Shown here: positions 30,588 to 32,000 of the stretch, piece by piece
Position numbering within the stretch: the stretch's first letter is position 1
Layout of the letters: the number at the start of each line of letters is the position of its first letter
NCBI RefSeq assembly: GCF_014396165.1
Contig: NZ_CP060715.1
Span: 1,650,001-1,682,000 of the forward strand
Length of the DNA: 32,000 bases
Direction of reading: 5' to 3'
Source: Erysipelothrix inopinata
Lineage (GTDB): Bacteria > Bacillota_I > Bacilli_A > Erysipelotrichales > Erysipelotrichaceae
The notes under the pieces: model-generated
What the model was told of the DNA's origin: nothing
Seen by the model: the letters and a program-made list of their open reading frames with translations, nothing else
The model's database searches: none
Position numbers and translations under genes: made by a program

Positions 30588-32000
30588 TTAGTTCAAAGTG
30601 AAGAGTTTTAATGCATCATCAACATGAAGATGATTGCGTGTTTTGATATCCTTTGAGGATGCATTGAGATCGACATTGCTTAAATCAATTAACTTAAGAT
30701 TGAGAAATTGGTGGGTTGCTGCACAATATTCTTGAATATTATGATACAACGCATTATTTGTCGACTCAGTATTATATACGACGACAAGTTTATTAAGTCT
30801 GATAAGGGCTTCGATCACTACATCATCGACATGATTCATATCAATAGCATTATATAATGCTATATTTAACTCATTATTAGAAATTCGTGATTTGAATTGT
30901 TGAACAGAATTGCCAAATGTTATTACAACACCATTTGAGTCATCATTTAATGGAAGTGCAAAGTATCCTTCTAATAAATTATCAGGTGCTGTTTCTACTA
31001 CAAGTTTTTCGTATCCGGAACTGTAGTTTAAAACATTGATTCCAGGTTCATTCAATAATAGTTGAAGCAATTGGTAATTTTCACCAATTGAGGAACCCGT
31101 GTACATATTAATATTATCAAAATAATTAGGGTTCATAATCCCTTGTTTATAATACTCTCCTTGTGGCGAAAGTCCTGAATCAGAAATCAAAATTGTAATG
31201 GGGAGTTTGTTTAAAACAAACTGATTTACAAGTTGCGGATAACTTTCTAAGAATCGGTATGATTTCATCATCAAAACGACCTGTTTTCCAGATTCTACCA
31301 TACCTGCTGCTATTGTAACTAAGGATTGTGTAGATCCTGATGTACTCAGATAACTCTGTGTATTTTGCAATGCAAAATCAATAAAGTGATCCTGAATTGA
31401 AATGGTATCTGCTAATACGAAGAGATTATCGCGTACTTTAGCTTCAGCTGATAGCAATTCATCAAATGCTTCTTGAGTCGTGGTGTAGTTTTCAGGACGT
31501 GTCATATCCGTTTTGAAAGCTGGGAACTCTAGTTTTCTTTCACTTCGGTGTTTGAGTCGTGTCTGGACGTGAATAATATTGGGTCCACTGAACTTTGTTG
31601 ATAATTCAAACACTTTGATAAGCTCATTCATATTTTGTCCATTAATTGGCCCATGATAGTTAATTCCGAATTGGGTAAAAATTGTAGGTTCAAGGACTGT
31701 TTCTTTAACAGCATCTCGAATCTTTGTAAGTGTCGTAAGTAACGGTCTTGAAAAGGCATTGGAATCTAAAATGGCTTTCATATCTTTTTTTAATCCAGTA
31801 TAGGTTTTACTAATACGGATTGATTTAACCAAAGAATCTACAGACGAGTAATGACGTAGTAAAGATTGTTGTTCATCAATCAAGATGATTGTAAGATCTG
31901 GTTGCAAACGACCAATTTGCATTAATGTTTCATATGTTAAGCCATAATTGAGTGCATTATCATCCATCATAATAACAGTTCTACCATTATCATTAAGTGC
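30588..32000 (-). CDS. DXP synthase (Dxs)-like transketolase-fold protein, 3' two-thirds only, with degenerate thiamine-diphosphate motifs. The gene continues past the right edge of the window.
   Basis: The protein is collinear with Dxs: FGINYHGPINGQ matches LGFNYIGPVDGH, VTIAAGMVESGK matches VTFAAGLA, and KLPITILISDSGL matches KLPVxFAIDRAG. The frame stays open upstream of the track's ATG at 31970 (ALNDNGRTVIMMDD...). The position just upstream of recN matches the usual dxs...recN neighbourhood of Bacillota. Confidence 0.65.
   Translation of the reverse strand, partial: ALNDNGRTVIMMDDNALNYGLTYETLMQIGRLQPDLTIILIDEQQSLLRHYSSVDSLVKSIRISKTYTGLKKDMKAILDSNAFSRPLLTTLTKIRDAVKETVLEPTIFTQFGINYHGPINGQNMNELIKVFELSTKFSGPNIIHVQTRLKHRSERKLEFPAFKTDMTRPENYTTTQEAFDELLSAEAKVRDNLFVLADTISIQDHFIDFALQNTQSYLSTSGSTQSLVTIAAGMVESGKQVVLMMKSYRFLESYPQLVNQFVLNKLPITILISDSGLSPQGEYYKQGIMNPNYFDNINMYTGSSIGENYQLLQLLLNEPGINVLNYSSGYEKLVVETAPDNLLEGYFALPLNDDSNGVVITFGNSVQQFKSRISNNELNIALYNAIDMNHVDDVVIEALIRLNKLVVVYNTESTNNALYHNIQEYCAATHQFLNLKLIDLSNVDLNASSKDIKTRNHLHVDDALKLFTLN

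Noticed and set aside
1-32000. CRISPR arrays, tRNA/rRNA genes, IS elements, prophage genes, toxin-antitoxin pairs or defence-system signatures.
   Set aside because: Reading both strands, I found no spaced repeat arrays, no cloverleaf-like conserved tRNA blocks, and no transposase, integrase or phage-type ORFs apart from xerD. The intergenic space is almost fully accounted for by the promoters, terminators and riboswitch listed above.

Overview
AT-rich chromosomal segment from a low-GC Gram-positive bacterium (Bacillota). An Erysipelotrichia/Clostridia-like origin is my guess and cannot be proven from the window. I count 27 genes, 26 of them on the minus strand. I saw no rRNA, tRNA, CRISPR array, transposase or phage genes.

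Left to right:
1. sbcC (partial, runs off the left edge) and an sbcD broken by a single-base homopolymer frameshift.
2. One plus-strand maltose-type O-acetyltransferase, ending at a bidirectional terminator.
3. A tightly packed accessory operon of about 10.4 kb (4239-14634, possibly including a small membrane protein up to 14957). This is the most interesting content. Its order is OmpR-type response regulator, histidine kinase, DltA-like amino-acid adenylating ligase, DapDC/ODC-fold PLP decarboxylase, then two diverged tandem copies of a three-gene module: a 76-aa DltC-like carrier protein, a 529-aa MBOAT, and a membrane-anchored SGNH/DltD-like protein. Both MBOATs end in a DltX-like tyrosine motif. 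I read it as a dlt-like cell-envelope aminoacylation pathway with an extra decarboxylation step and two export/transfer branches. I do not recognise it as a characterised system.
4. Housekeeping xerD-deoB.
5. A pur operon, purC-purL-purE-purF-purM-purN-purH-purD, preceded by a sigma-A-like promoter and a ykkC-family subtype-2 riboswitch (probably PRPP-sensing) with an overlapping terminator. purL carries a homopolymer frameshift. Both glutamine amidotransferases of the pathway (the PurL C-terminal domain and the PurF N-terminal domain) appear to lack canonical glutaminase catalytic residues.
6. A dxs-like (partial, cofactor motifs degenerate)-recN-dinB operon.

All calls come from reading the sequence and ORF translations by eye. 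No database search or computation was run.
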